A stretch of 64,000 nt of DNA, from the NCBI GenBank assembly GCA_947380605.1, contig CANCRO010000002.1, positions 11,555-75,554 on the forward strand, read 5' to 3'. Origin of the DNA: Chitinophagaceae bacterium. Lineage in GTDB: Bacteria; Bacteroidota; Bacteroidia; Chitinophagales; Chitinophagaceae. The translations under genes were made by a program, and so were the position numbers. Below, piece by piece: positions 10,547-19,980 of the stretch. The notes under the pieces are model-generated. The model was given only the letters and a program-made list of their open reading frames with translations, was not told where the DNA came from and did no database searches. The stretch's first letter is position 1. Each line of letters opens with the position of its first letter.

Positions 10547-13500
10547 TTAGCGAAGTAATGAAATATCGCCCGTTTTTCTTAATTTTTTCCCGTCTGAAAA
10601 TTCAACCTCTAAAGTATAACTGTATACATCCATAGGTTGACCCACACCATTAAATTTTCCGTCCCAGCCAATTGACTGACTAGTAGAAGAGAACACATTT
10701 TGACCCCAACGATTGTATATTTTCCAATCCATTTTGGCAACTCCATAACCGACTACTTTTATAATACCATTTGGTCCAAATTTATCGGGAGTAAACGCAT
10801 TGGGCACATCCAATACAGGCAATACAACTACAGCAATATCAAGACAAGTTGTATCAGAACAACCCGCATCATTAATAGCGACCAAACAAGTTTTATATGT
10901 TCCAGTAGCATTAAATAAATGCGTAGGATTTTCAAGCGTGGAGGTCTTTCCATCTCCAAATATCCACAAATAACTAGTTGCTCCACTAGATAGATTTTTA
11001 AAATCGACTGGCCTATTAGGCTTGGTAGGATTGGGAGAAAAACTAAAACCTGCTACTGGGATATTATAAACACCAATGGTAGAAGTAAATTTATCTGTGC
11101 GATTACAAGTAGATAAGTCAGTAGCTGTTAACGTTACAGTATAGGTTCCAGAAGCCGCATAAAGATGAATTGGATTTACTTCTGTTGAAGTAGTTCCATC
11201 ACCAAAATTCCAAAGAAAATCAACACCCCCTTTAGTGGTATTCGTGAAGTGAGCAAGATAAGGCAGACAGCCTTTATCAGGTGTTTGAAAACTTGCCCTA
11301 ACGGTGTCGGCTATACGAATGGTATTAGAAATTGAAATCGGTGCATTACAAAAACTCACATCATCGGTCAATAATTTTACAATATACGTTCCGGTTGCAG
11401 CATAGGTATGAAAAACATCTTCAATACCAGCCCGTTGAGCAGGCGTATTGTCTCCAAAATCCCATAAAAAAGTTTTAATAGTATAAGTTGATAATAACGA
11501 AGTGCTTGTATTTTTAAATTGAAAGGTCAAGCTTTGACATCCTCCATTTTTAGCACCGATAAAATCAGGTTTAATTAAATTATTACTTACCCTTACAATC
11601 GTAGTGGCGGTATCTGAAATATTACAAGTTAAAGAATCTATAGAAATTACTTTAGCATGAAAAATTCCGACGGAAGTATAAACATGCGAAGAGAAACTAT
11701 TAGGTGCATAGGTGGTATCTTTTTTGGGATTAGCAGGATCTCCATAATCCCATATATACATTTTACCCTTTGAAAGTGTATCAGAAAATTTAACGGTCAT
11801 TGGAACACAACCAACGGTATCGATTACTCCATTGACAGTTGCTTTTATACTAGCGCCTACCCCACCAAAATTCATTTCGATTTTAACAGCCGCTTCATTA
11901 CAGTTAGGAGATCCATTTCTAGTAGCCCAAACACCAGCTGTAGTCGGAAAGACAACCAATGGGTCATTTCTTCCACCACAGTTAGCACAAATAGCCTGAT
12001 AGATTATTCCATTCGCATCAAAGCGACTGGTACCTCCATCTACATGGTCATCGAAGCCTCCTTTTTGACCATAAAAACTTCCAAATAACTGACTGTTGGC
12101 ATTTTTTTCCAGAACGAAAAAGTAAAAATCATTTCCATCAGTATTCTTAGGCGAAATGGCATCATTAGTAATTGGCAAGCCTAAGGTCCCAGCATTTGGA
12201 TAACCCCTATCATGATTAAATTTTCCACCCCAACCTGATACATATACATTCTGACATCGATCTACTAAAAAAGCAGTGATAGATAAATTGGGTATGGGAG
12301 AGTTGGTGCCAAATACAGTAGAGTAAACAAAAGAAGATAAATCAGGTTGCAACTTACTGATAAACTGTTTTGCACCTGAGTTACTAAATGCAGCATTTAC
12401 TACCGGCCAATTTCCTGTGGTAGTTCCTGTAACATAAGGAAAACCAAACTTGTCAAACTGAATACCATATACGAGATCGTTACCATTGGTACCCATATAA
12501 GAAGTCTTAATGATTGAAGAGCCATCAGGTGCTATTTGAGTAACAAAACCATCCACATCACTTCCTTGAAAAGTAGCATTAATAACATTGGTTTTATCAC
12601 CAGGTAAGTCAGTGCTACTAGTACCTCCAGCAACATATACATTTCCAGTAAGCGGATTAATAGATAAAACAAAACAAGCATCCGACCCATTACCACCAAA
12701 ATAAGTACTGAATATTTTTGTTGAAAGATTTGAATTAAATGCTAGAATTACTCCATCTTGCTTTCCCCCACCAAATGAATTTTGAATATTGGAACCAGCT
12801 ACCGGAAAGTTGGAAGATTTTGAGCAAGAGGCAACATAAATATTATTATTCTTATCCAATATTACTTCACTTCGAGCATCATCCCCATAGTTTCTTCGAG
12901 TGGTTTCTGCTCCATCAGGGGTATCAAATTTCTTTCGAATATTTACGCCATCATCTCCAGAACCACCAATAGCAATAGATCCCAACAATAAGTTACCATT
13001 TGCATTTAATTTTGTAACCACAATATCATATCCTCCACCAGGGCCAATCAGAGGAGATAGTTTAGGATAATCAGTGGAGCTAGATCTTCCCGCAATGATT
13101 AAATTTCCTTGCGCATCACAAATCATACTGTGCGGTTGTTCATTTCCAGCACCCCCTAAGTACGTAGCAAAAATTCTATTTGCTCCATCTGGAGAAAATT
13201 TAATAATTGCAATGTCATAGGGGCCATTTGAATCTTCATTCAATCCCCCATTAAAAGTTTTATCAAAAGCACCCACAGATACTGGATATCCATCGCCAAA
13301 TGAGATTCCCCCTGCATACAAACTTCCATCAGGTCCTGGGGTTGCAGTATATCCCCAATTGTCTGTAGAGCTACCGGTAAAAGAAGCAAAAATTAAAGTA
13401 GGATCAATTACGATCGTTTCATTAGGTATATAGTCTTTTATTTTAAATCTCACGGTATTACCTGAAACTGAATATTTACAATCTAAGGTTTGTCTGATCC

Positions 13501-14173
13501 CCTTTTGAAGCTGGTAACTATAGGGATATAATTCTTTTACTTCGCCGACAGAAGTTACCACCACCAATTCTTTATTTCTCACTTCAAGCTGATCAACCCC
13601 ATCATATTTTAATGCAATATCATTTACATTACCCCCTGGTCTAACTATAATATCATACTTCAATTTTCCAGCATCCGTGTAATACCTTACATCTATATTG
13701 GGATACATGTTTTTATAAGTAATTGCCTGATAAATTTTACAATTACTTTGCCACTTTGCAGGGTCATTTCCTATAAAATAATTATTGAAAGTCGGTAAAG
13801 ATTTATCAGGAAAAATGGAAACGTTTTTCAAGGCGCCGTCAAAACGAACCCTGTAAGCATGAGAATGTAAAGTGGAACTTTGGGGGACAGTAGCAATCCT
13901 TCTATGCTTTTCATGCTCTAATTGTACTGGAGCTAAATGACCATGAATTAAATCAGTCATCGCTTTCAAATCATTCGTATTGTGCAGCAATACTGTAAAA
14001 CCATTTTGCTCCATATAGAATGCTCCCGATTCTACCTCTGCTTTAAAATTAACCTTACTATTCCACTGACCTTTATTTTCAATAAACTGCAATTGCGCCA
14101 TGGAAGGTGACGCAATGACCATTGATAAAAAAAGGCCTAGGAATAAGTTGAAATATGATGTGAAAAATTTCAA
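10547..14173 (-). CDS. Large surface protein with SBBP-like propeller repeats, four PKD domains and a T9SS type B (gliding-motility) CTD
   Basis: FIENKGQW N-terminus, TY.GG...D repeats, WD(F/Y)GD-type PKD motifs and C-terminal PNAFTP..NRWG..WDG..GDISLLR. Confidence 0.88.
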   Translation of the reverse strand: MKFFTSYFNLFLGLFLSMVIASPSMAQLQFIENKGQWNSKVNFKAEVESGAFYMEQNGFTVLLHNTNDLKAMTDLIHGHLAPVQLEHEKHRRIATVPQSSTLHSHAYRVRFDGALKNVSIFPDKSLPTFNNYFIGNDPAKWQSNCKIYQAITYKNMYPNIDVRYYTDAGKLKYDIIVRPGGNVNDIALKYDGVDQLEVRNKELVVVTSVGEVKELYPYSYQLQKGIRQTLDCKYSVSGNTVRFKIKDYIPNETIVIDPTLIFASFTGSSTDNWGYTATPGPDGSLYAGGISFGDGYPVSVGAFDKTFNGGLNEDSNGPYDIAIIKFSPDGANRIFATYLGGAGNEQPHSMICDAQGNLIIAGRSSSTDYPKLSPLIGPGGGYDIVVTKLNANGNLLLGSIAIGGSGDDGVNIRKKFDTPDGAETTRRNYGDDARSEVILDKNNNIYVASCSKSSNFPVAGSNIQNSFGGGKQDGVILAFNSNLSTKIFSTYFGGNGSDACFVLSINPLTGNVYVAGGTSSTDLPGDKTNVINATFQGSDVDGFVTQIAPDGSSIIKTSYMGTNGNDLVYGIQFDKFGFPYVTGTTTGNWPVVNAAFSNSGAKQFISKLQPDLSSFVYSTVFGTNSPIPNLSITAFLVDRCQNVYVSGWGGKFNHDRGYPNAGTLGLPITNDAISPKNTDGNDFYFFVLEKNANSQLFGSFYGQKGGFDDHVDGGTSRFDANGIIYQAICANCGGRNDPLVVFPTTAGVWATRNGSPNCNEAAVKIEMNFGGVGASIKATVNGVIDTVGCVPMTVKFSDTLSKGKMYIWDYGDPANPKKDTTYAPNSFSSHVYTSVGIFHAKVISIDSLTCNISDTATTIVRVSNNLIKPDFIGAKNGGCQSLTFQFKNTSTSLLSTYTIKTFLWDFGDNTPAQRAGIEDVFHTYAATGTYIVKLLTDDVSFCNAPISISNTIRIADTVRASFQTPDKGCLPYLAHFTNTTKGGVDFLWNFGDGTTSTEVNPIHLYAASGTYTVTLTATDLSTCNRTDKFTSTIGVYNIPVAGFSFSPNPTKPNRPVDFKNLSSGATSYLWIFGDGKTSTLENPTHLFNATGTYKTCLVAINDAGCSDTTCLDIAVVVLPVLDVPNAFTPDKFGPNGIIKVVGYGVAKMDWKIYNRWGQNVFSSTSQSIGWDGKFNGVGQPMDVYSYTLEVEFSDGKKLRKTGDISLLR

Positions 14174-14245
14174 AAAAAGTTTTTTACAATTTACTGAACT
14201 ATGACCAATTAAACAATGTAAAGTTTAATCATAGAAGCGCTTTAA

Positions 14246-16357
14246 TTATGATATTTTACTCCAAACAGTTTTACCATTTTGAATTTGGAGATACTCCTTA
14301 ACCTGCAAATTTTCTGCCAAATTTAAATCTGGGTCAATTTCAACTATTTGAGTAGTAATATTTTTAGCTACTTCCAGCATTGCCCTATCTTGAATAATAT
14401 TGGCAATTTTAAAGTTTAAAAGCCCACTTTGTCTAGTACCCTCAATATCACCAGGGCCCCTTAATTCAAGATCTTTTTCGGCTACTTTAAAGCCATCATT
14501 AGTAGCACATAAAATCTTAAGTCTTTCCCTTCCATCTTGAGATATTTTATTACCTGTTAATAAAATGCAAAAACTTTTTTCACTACCTCTTCCTACTCTT
14601 CCTCTTAACTGATGCAATTGCGATAAACCAAATTTTTCAGCGCTTTCAATCACCATCACAGAGGCATTAGGTACATTAACCCCCACTTCGATCACAGTGG
14701 TACTCACCATTATTTGTGTGTCACCCGTAACAAATCTCTGCATATTCGTTTGCTTTTGTTCTCCCTTCTGCCTTCCATGAACCATGCTAATCCAATACTT
14801 TGGTTCAGGGAAAAAAGATTTCACCTCTTCAAACCCTTTCATCAAATTTTCATAATCCAAGGTTGCAGAGTCTTCAATTAATGGATAAACAATATAGACC
14901 TGACGACCTTTTGTAATTTCCTTTTTAATAAAATCCATTACCTGTGGACGTTTATTTTCAAATTGATGAATTGTTTCAATAGGCTTTCTCCCTGGAGGTA
15001 ATTCATCAATTACACTATAATCAAGATCACCATAGGCTGTTAAGGCTAATGTTCTTGGAATTGGTGTTGCCGTCATTACCAAGACATGAGGAGGGAGTGA
15101 ATTTTTTTTCCATAATTTGGCTCTTTGAGCTACGCCAAACTTATGCTGCTCATCAATGACTGCAAATCCTAGATTTTTAAACAGTACTTTATCTTCTATC
15201 ACTGCATGTGTTCCAATTAATATTGACAAGGACCCATCTTCGCATGCACTTAAAATTTCTTTTCGTTGTTTAGCAACAGTAGACCCGGTAAGCAACTTAA
15301 CCGAAAGGGGCATTTCTTTAAGTAATTCAGCAATACTACTAAAATGTTGTTGAGCTAGAATTTCTGTAGGCGCCATGATCACACTCTGAAAACCATTATC
15401 CGCAGCAATCAACATACTCAGTAAGGCTACAATGGTTTTACCACTACCCACATCTCCCTGCAGTAGTCTATTCATTTGCTTGCCAGTGCCTGCATCTTTT
15501 CTAATTTCCTTTAACACTCTTTTTTGTGCATTGGTTAACTGAAAAGGCAAGTATTGATTATAAAATGTAGTAAACAATGTTCCTACTTTATCAAAGATCC
15601 AACCTTTACTAAATCGATGGCGCGTACTTCTAAGCATACCCAATCGCAATTGAGCAAAAAATAATTCTTCGAACTTCAACCGCCTAACTGCATGGGTATA
15701 CATTTCATCAGATGCAGGAAAATGAATAGAGCAAATAGCCTCCCATCTAGATATAAAACGATATTGAGTCACTACTGACTCAGGAAGGTTTTCGGGGAAA
15801 TCTTTTTGGGATAAAAGCTGCAATAAGGAAAAAGTAAGTTTACCCATTGCTCTTCCGCTAATTCCCCTTGCCTTTAACTTTTCTGTAGATGGATAAATAG
15901 GTTCAAGGAATTTTTTTCCTCCCGCTTTTTCAGGAGTAAATATTTCAATTTCAGGATGTACAATTTGCGCTTTGTTCATGAAAAAACTCAGCTTTCCAAA
16001 AACCAAATAAAGATCCCCAGGATGCAATGTTTTTTCTACCCAGCTTATACCTTGAAACCAGGTAAGTTCAATTTCGCCGGTACCGTCTTTTATATAAGCA
16101 ACTAATCGCTTAGCTCTTTTTTCACCAATTATTTCAAAGCGAGACAATCGGCCGGCTACTTGAGCATATTCTGTTGAAGGGTTAAGCTCCGCAATTTTAT
16201 CAACCCGAGTTTTATCAATATGACGAAAAGGATAATATTCAAGCAAGTCTTTGAAGGTAAAAATATTAGCCTCTTTTTTCAATAAGGCTCCCTTAAGAGG
16301 ACCTACCCCCTTCAAATATTCTATTGGATTGGATAATATGTTATTGGCTTGCGAGAT
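14246..16357 (-). CDS. recG: ATP-dependent DNA helicase RecG
   Basis: RLLQGDVGSGKT, IDEQH, MTATPIPRTL, QLHQLRGRVGRG and DLELRGPG motifs. The frame stays open upstream of the TTG at 16315; I propose an ATC start at 16357 (uncertain). Confidence 0.95.
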   Translation of the reverse strand: MSQANNILSNPIEYLKGVGPLKGALLKKEANIFTFKDLLEYYPFRHIDKTRVDKIAELNPSTEYAQVAGRLSRFEIIGEKRAKRLVAYIKDGTGEIELTWFQGISWVEKTLHPGDLYLVFGKLSFFMNKAQIVHPEIEIFTPEKAGGKKFLEPIYPSTEKLKARGISGRAMGKLTFSLLQLLSQKDFPENLPESVVTQYRFISRWEAICSIHFPASDEMYTHAVRRLKFEELFFAQLRLGMLRSTRHRFSKGWIFDKVGTLFTTFYNQYLPFQLTNAQKRVLKEIRKDAGTGKQMNRLLQGDVGSGKTIVALLSMLIAADNGFQSVIMAPTEILAQQHFSSIAELLKEMPLSVKLLTGSTVAKQRKEILSACEDGSLSILIGTHAVIEDKVLFKNLGFAVIDEQHKFGVAQRAKLWKKNSLPPHVLVMTATPIPRTLALTAYGDLDYSVIDELPPGRKPIETIHQFENKRPQVMDFIKKEITKGRQVYIVYPLIEDSATLDYENLMKGFEEVKSFFPEPKYWISMVHGRQKGEQKQTNMQRFVTGDTQIMVSTTVIEVGVNVPNASVMVIESAEKFGLSQLHQLRGRVGRGSEKSFCILLTGNKISQDGRERLKILCATNDGFKVAEKDLELRGPGDIEGTRQSGLLNFKIANIIQDRAMLEVAKNITTQIVEIDPDLNLAENLQVKEYLQIQNGKTVWSKIS

Positions 16358-16531
16358 GGTTGAATATTTTTACAAATATACTCTACTACTTTAAATGCAA
16401 ATACCCAATGATTAGGCAAAATACAATCCCTTGCTTGGGTTGAGTATACTATTCAGCAATAATTGAATAGTCAAAATTGAGTTGGAATAGTTTAGACAGT
16501 CCCTTTGTTTTAATTAATAAGGTTATGACTT

Positions 16532-17758
16532 TTAACGAGGGGTCTTTTTTTGAGCGTTTTGAGGTCGAGGGCCATTTCTTTGCCCTCCACTTGAACGAAA
16601 TGCATTGGGATTATAAGCTGGCGCTTCGCCAAATTGCTCAGGTACGGCAACTTTTGGAACTGGTTTTCCTAACAATTTTTCAATCGCTGCCAATTTCCTT
16701 TGTTCCCGTTCGCTAACAAAGGTGATAGCAGTTCCCTCAGCAGCAGCTCGAGCGGTTCGCCCAATTCGATGAACATAATCTTCTCCATCATGAGGTACAT
16801 CATAATTTAATACCATGCCAATATTATCGATATCAATTCCTCTACTTAAAATATCGGTAGCTACTAAAATTTGAATTCGTCCACTTTTAAAATGCATTAA
16901 TACCTCTTCTCTTTTATCCTGTTCTAAATCGCTATGAATTTCATCTACTGGCAAATTAGTTCTTTTTAAATCGCGGGTTAATTGCTTCACACTTTGTTTG
17001 CTACTACAAAATATTAATACAGAGGTAAAATTTTTTTGATGTAAAATATATTTTACCAAGGGTATTTTTTGTGTTTCATAAACCACATAAGCAAGCTGCG
17101 TAATTTTTTCATTCGGCTTACTAATTGAAATGCTTACTTCTTCTGGCTGATGAAGAATAGTTCTTGCCAATTCCCTAATCTTATGAGGCATGGTGGCAGA
17201 AAATAATAAATTTTGTCGCTTACGAGGCAGCGCGTGGATGATGCGCATAATGTCATCGTAAAATCCCATATCCAACATTCTATCTGCTTCATCAAGAACC
17301 AAATATTGAAGCCCCTGAAACTTAACATAGCCCATGTTAATATGAGCCAACATTTTTCCAGGAGTACAGATGACTACATCTGCTCCTGCACTCAATGCCT
17401 TTTTTTCTTGGACAAATGCATTTCCATCTCCTCCACCATATACTGCAATAGAACTTACAGAAGTGAAATAAGAAAGTCCTTCCATATGCTGTGCTATTTG
17501 AATAGCCAATTCTCTGGTAGGCACTATCACCAATGCGGTGATGCTCTGTTGATTCAGCGGAGCCGAAATAATATTATTAATAAGGGGAAGTAAAAATGCA
17601 GCGGTCTTTCCGGTTCCTGTTTGTGCAGATGCAATAACATCCTTTCCTGCTAAAACCAATGGAATTACTTGTTCTTGAACTGGTGTCGCTTCATCATAGC
17701 CAGATGCCTCTATTCCTTCCAATAATCGGTTATCAAAACCAAAATCTTTAAACTTCAA
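16532..17758 (-). CDS. DEAD-box RNA helicase
   Basis: Q motif, AQTGTGKT, PTRELA, LDEADRMLDMGF, SAT and HRIGRTAR motifs. Starts with TTG. Confidence 0.96.
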   Translation of the reverse strand: MKFKDFGFDNRLLEGIEASGYDEATPVQEQVIPLVLAGKDVIASAQTGTGKTAAFLLPLINNIISAPLNQQSITALVIVPTRELAIQIAQHMEGLSYFTSVSSIAVYGGGDGNAFVQEKKALSAGADVVICTPGKMLAHINMGYVKFQGLQYLVLDEADRMLDMGFYDDIMRIIHALPRKRQNLLFSATMPHKIRELARTILHQPEEVSISISKPNEKITQLAYVVYETQKIPLVKYILHQKNFTSVLIFCSSKQSVKQLTRDLKRTNLPVDEIHSDLEQDKREEVLMHFKSGRIQILVATDILSRGIDIDNIGMVLNYDVPHDGEDYVHRIGRTARAAAEGTAITFVSEREQRKLAAIEKLLGKPVPKVAVPEQFGEAPAYNPNAFRSSGGQRNGPRPQNAQKKTPR

Positions 17759-17801
17759 AATACGAATGGGTGATTAAATGATAAATTGCAAAAATATTGG
17801 A

Positions 17802-18161
17802 TTACTCCTTGGCTGCTTCTACTTCCGAAAGGGAAGTAATAGACTGCGGAGTAATATTTTTTACGGTAATTTGGAATTTTGTATTCAAAATCACTTGAAA
17901 ATGTCCAGTTAATAAAACCATTTTAGTAGCCGAATCTTCTAGCATAGCAGCTGCCAAATGGCTAGCTAAATCTGAACCACTGATCACATTACTTACTTTT
18001 CCTTCTGTAAATTCAATAGTAAATTTATAGCCCGCCTTTCTTCCGGTACCCGCTCTTTCAAAATCTTCACGGTTTAAACTAAGTAGTTGGTCTCCAGCTG
18101 CAGATTTTTTTAATAAAATCCTAATTACTGGCAGGTATTTATTCCAGATGTAAGTGTACAT
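17802..18161 (-). CDS. Hypothetical protein
   Basis: 119-aa ORF with an A-rich leader and no overlap with other genes. No motif recognised. Confidence 0.7.
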   Translation of the reverse strand: MYTYIWNKYLPVIRILLKKSAAGDQLLSLNREDFERAGTGRKAGYKFTIEFTEGKVSNVISGSDLASHLAAAMLEDSATKMVLLTGHFQVILNTKFQITVKNITPQSITSLSEVEAAKE

Positions 18162-18497
18162 GTTTGGGTTTTTAAAATTTCTTTTTATACCAATGAAATC
18201 AGTTCATTGATTTTAAATGAAAGAAACACTATATTAAAGGTAAGCTTTATTGCCATAGCAAGCCTTTTTGATTTATACGAGTGAACCTCCCATTCATTAG
18301 CTAACTGCTTAGAAGAAAGTCGATTTAACAAAAGTTAAGCCCTATTTCGCACAATATTTGACTCAAATGATGGTTACCATTATAACGGTTATTGAAAGAG
18401 GCATGAATGAGTATACTGAAAACAAATGCCTATTAACGTTTTAATGAATTTTCATCACCACCACGCTAAAATAAAAGTAAACTATTAAAATACTACC

Positions 18498-19010
18498 ATG
18501 AAAACATTACAAACACCATCGAATGCTAAATTTATGGTTACTCAGCTTAACCATAGTTCCACCAGCTGGATAGGTCGAAATAACAATGAAATGAATGATA
18601 CAAAAAGAGGGCAAACCTTTTTTTCAACTGATGAAGTTGATGTACAAGCAATAGATATTTATCCAAGCTTGGTATTACATCCAGGTAAAATGACTATGAC
18701 AATTCATCATTTCAAAGAATCCTCCAAAACCTGGGGTCCGCCGATCCTATCAACGAGTGTCAACCTCCAAATCAGTGATAGTGGAAATTGGAAGTCAATC
18801 AATACTCCGGGCTTACATCTATACAAAGGACAACATTATGGATTTAGACTAGAATGTCCACAATCATTGATAGGTTTAGGAGAGGCGGTGGGGAGTAATT
18901 CAATGCCTCTTCCAATTAATGGACAAGAATGGAAGTTCAGCAATATTGATCAAAAAGGTCATTCCTATTCATTTTTCAGCCTCGCCTTTAAAATAGCAGT
19001 GAGTGCTTAA
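18498..19010 (+). CDS. Hypothetical beta-rich protein
   Basis: 170-aa ORF with an A-rich leader before the ATG. No signal peptide or recognised motif. Confidence 0.7.
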   Translation: MKTLQTPSNAKFMVTQLNHSSTSWIGRNNNEMNDTKRGQTFFSTDEVDVQAIDIYPSLVLHPGKMTMTIHHFKESSKTWGPPILSTSVNLQISDSGNWKSINTPGLHLYKGQHYGFRLECPQSLIGLGEAVGSNSMPLPINGQEWKFSNIDQKGHSYSFFSLAFKIAVSA

Positions 19011-19034
19011 ATGATTTTGTGATTAGGAGGATAC

Positions 19035-19667
19035 TTACAAAAATTTAAAGCCAGTTAATTGTTCGATATGGTGAACCGTTACTTCGTTATTTTCAATACC
19101 ATCTGGCTTAGACAAATCATTATTGAACAGGTAAGCCTTGTACTCTTTAGTATGTAAGATATGTATCACTTTCCAGCATTGCGATGGCACTGAAACTTTT
19201 CCTATTTTTTTTGCTTCACCAATATTACCTGCCCATACATGGATACTATCTTTTTGAATGGCCGTTTTTCTGGTAAACCGTTCCAATGCTTCCCAGTCTC
19301 CTGCATTTAAGGAATGATACTGTGGAGCCATATTAGAAAAATAAAAACACTCTTCCATTTCCTTATCACCGTTACATTTATTGATCGCAGCCGGACACAT
19401 ATGTCCTCGATCTGTTCCTGAATGCACATAATCGTCTTTTAAATTAGTTTCTGCTGGAAGTAATGGGTCGGGCTTAAATTTATCCTTTCTAGCAGTAGGA
19501 GTGGCACAATCCGCTTTAGCAGTTGTCTCCCACCATTCAACCATTAGAGGATAATATTTTTCGATGCAAAAAAAAGAAGTATAACTAGCATGTTTTATCT
19601 GAACTACTTTCTGAGCTAGTAGATGGCAATTCAAAAAAATTAGTAAAAGGGTAAATATTTTTTTCAT
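19035..19667 (-). CDS. Secreted DNA/RNA non-specific endonuclease (NucA/EndoG, beta-beta-alpha-metal)
   Basis: Signal peptide, DRGHMCPA active-site motif, SNMAPQ...N...W..LE and VPSQCWK. Confidence 0.92.
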   Translation of the reverse strand: MKKIFTLLLIFLNCHLLAQKVVQIKHASYTSFFCIEKYYPLMVEWWETTAKADCATPTARKDKFKPDPLLPAETNLKDDYVHSGTDRGHMCPAAINKCNGDKEMEECFYFSNMAPQYHSLNAGDWEALERFTRKTAIQKDSIHVWAGNIGEAKKIGKVSVPSQCWKVIHILHTKEYKAYLFNNDLSKPDGIENNEVTVHHIEQLTGFKFL

Positions 19668-19980
19668 ATAAAATATCGAAGCGCTTACAAATTTCGTATA
19701 GAAATTTTAAATAAAATCAAGTTCAATTAAAATAGTTGAATTGATTTTTAAAATTTTAAGCAATTTCAATAGCTACGAATCTTTTAAAGTAACAAAGTGA
19801 GCCCTAATTAATGATTTAATGAGTAGTGAAGGCTGACGTTTTACTAAAAGTTAAATATTAATTAAAATAGAACTTTTTTATAATTAGTTTTTGCAAAGGA
19901 TAGTAAAATCAATAGTTTTAATAAGCCAAGCGCTGCTTTAAGTAAAAGGGCCAATAGCAAAAAATAAATATCTATCCATC

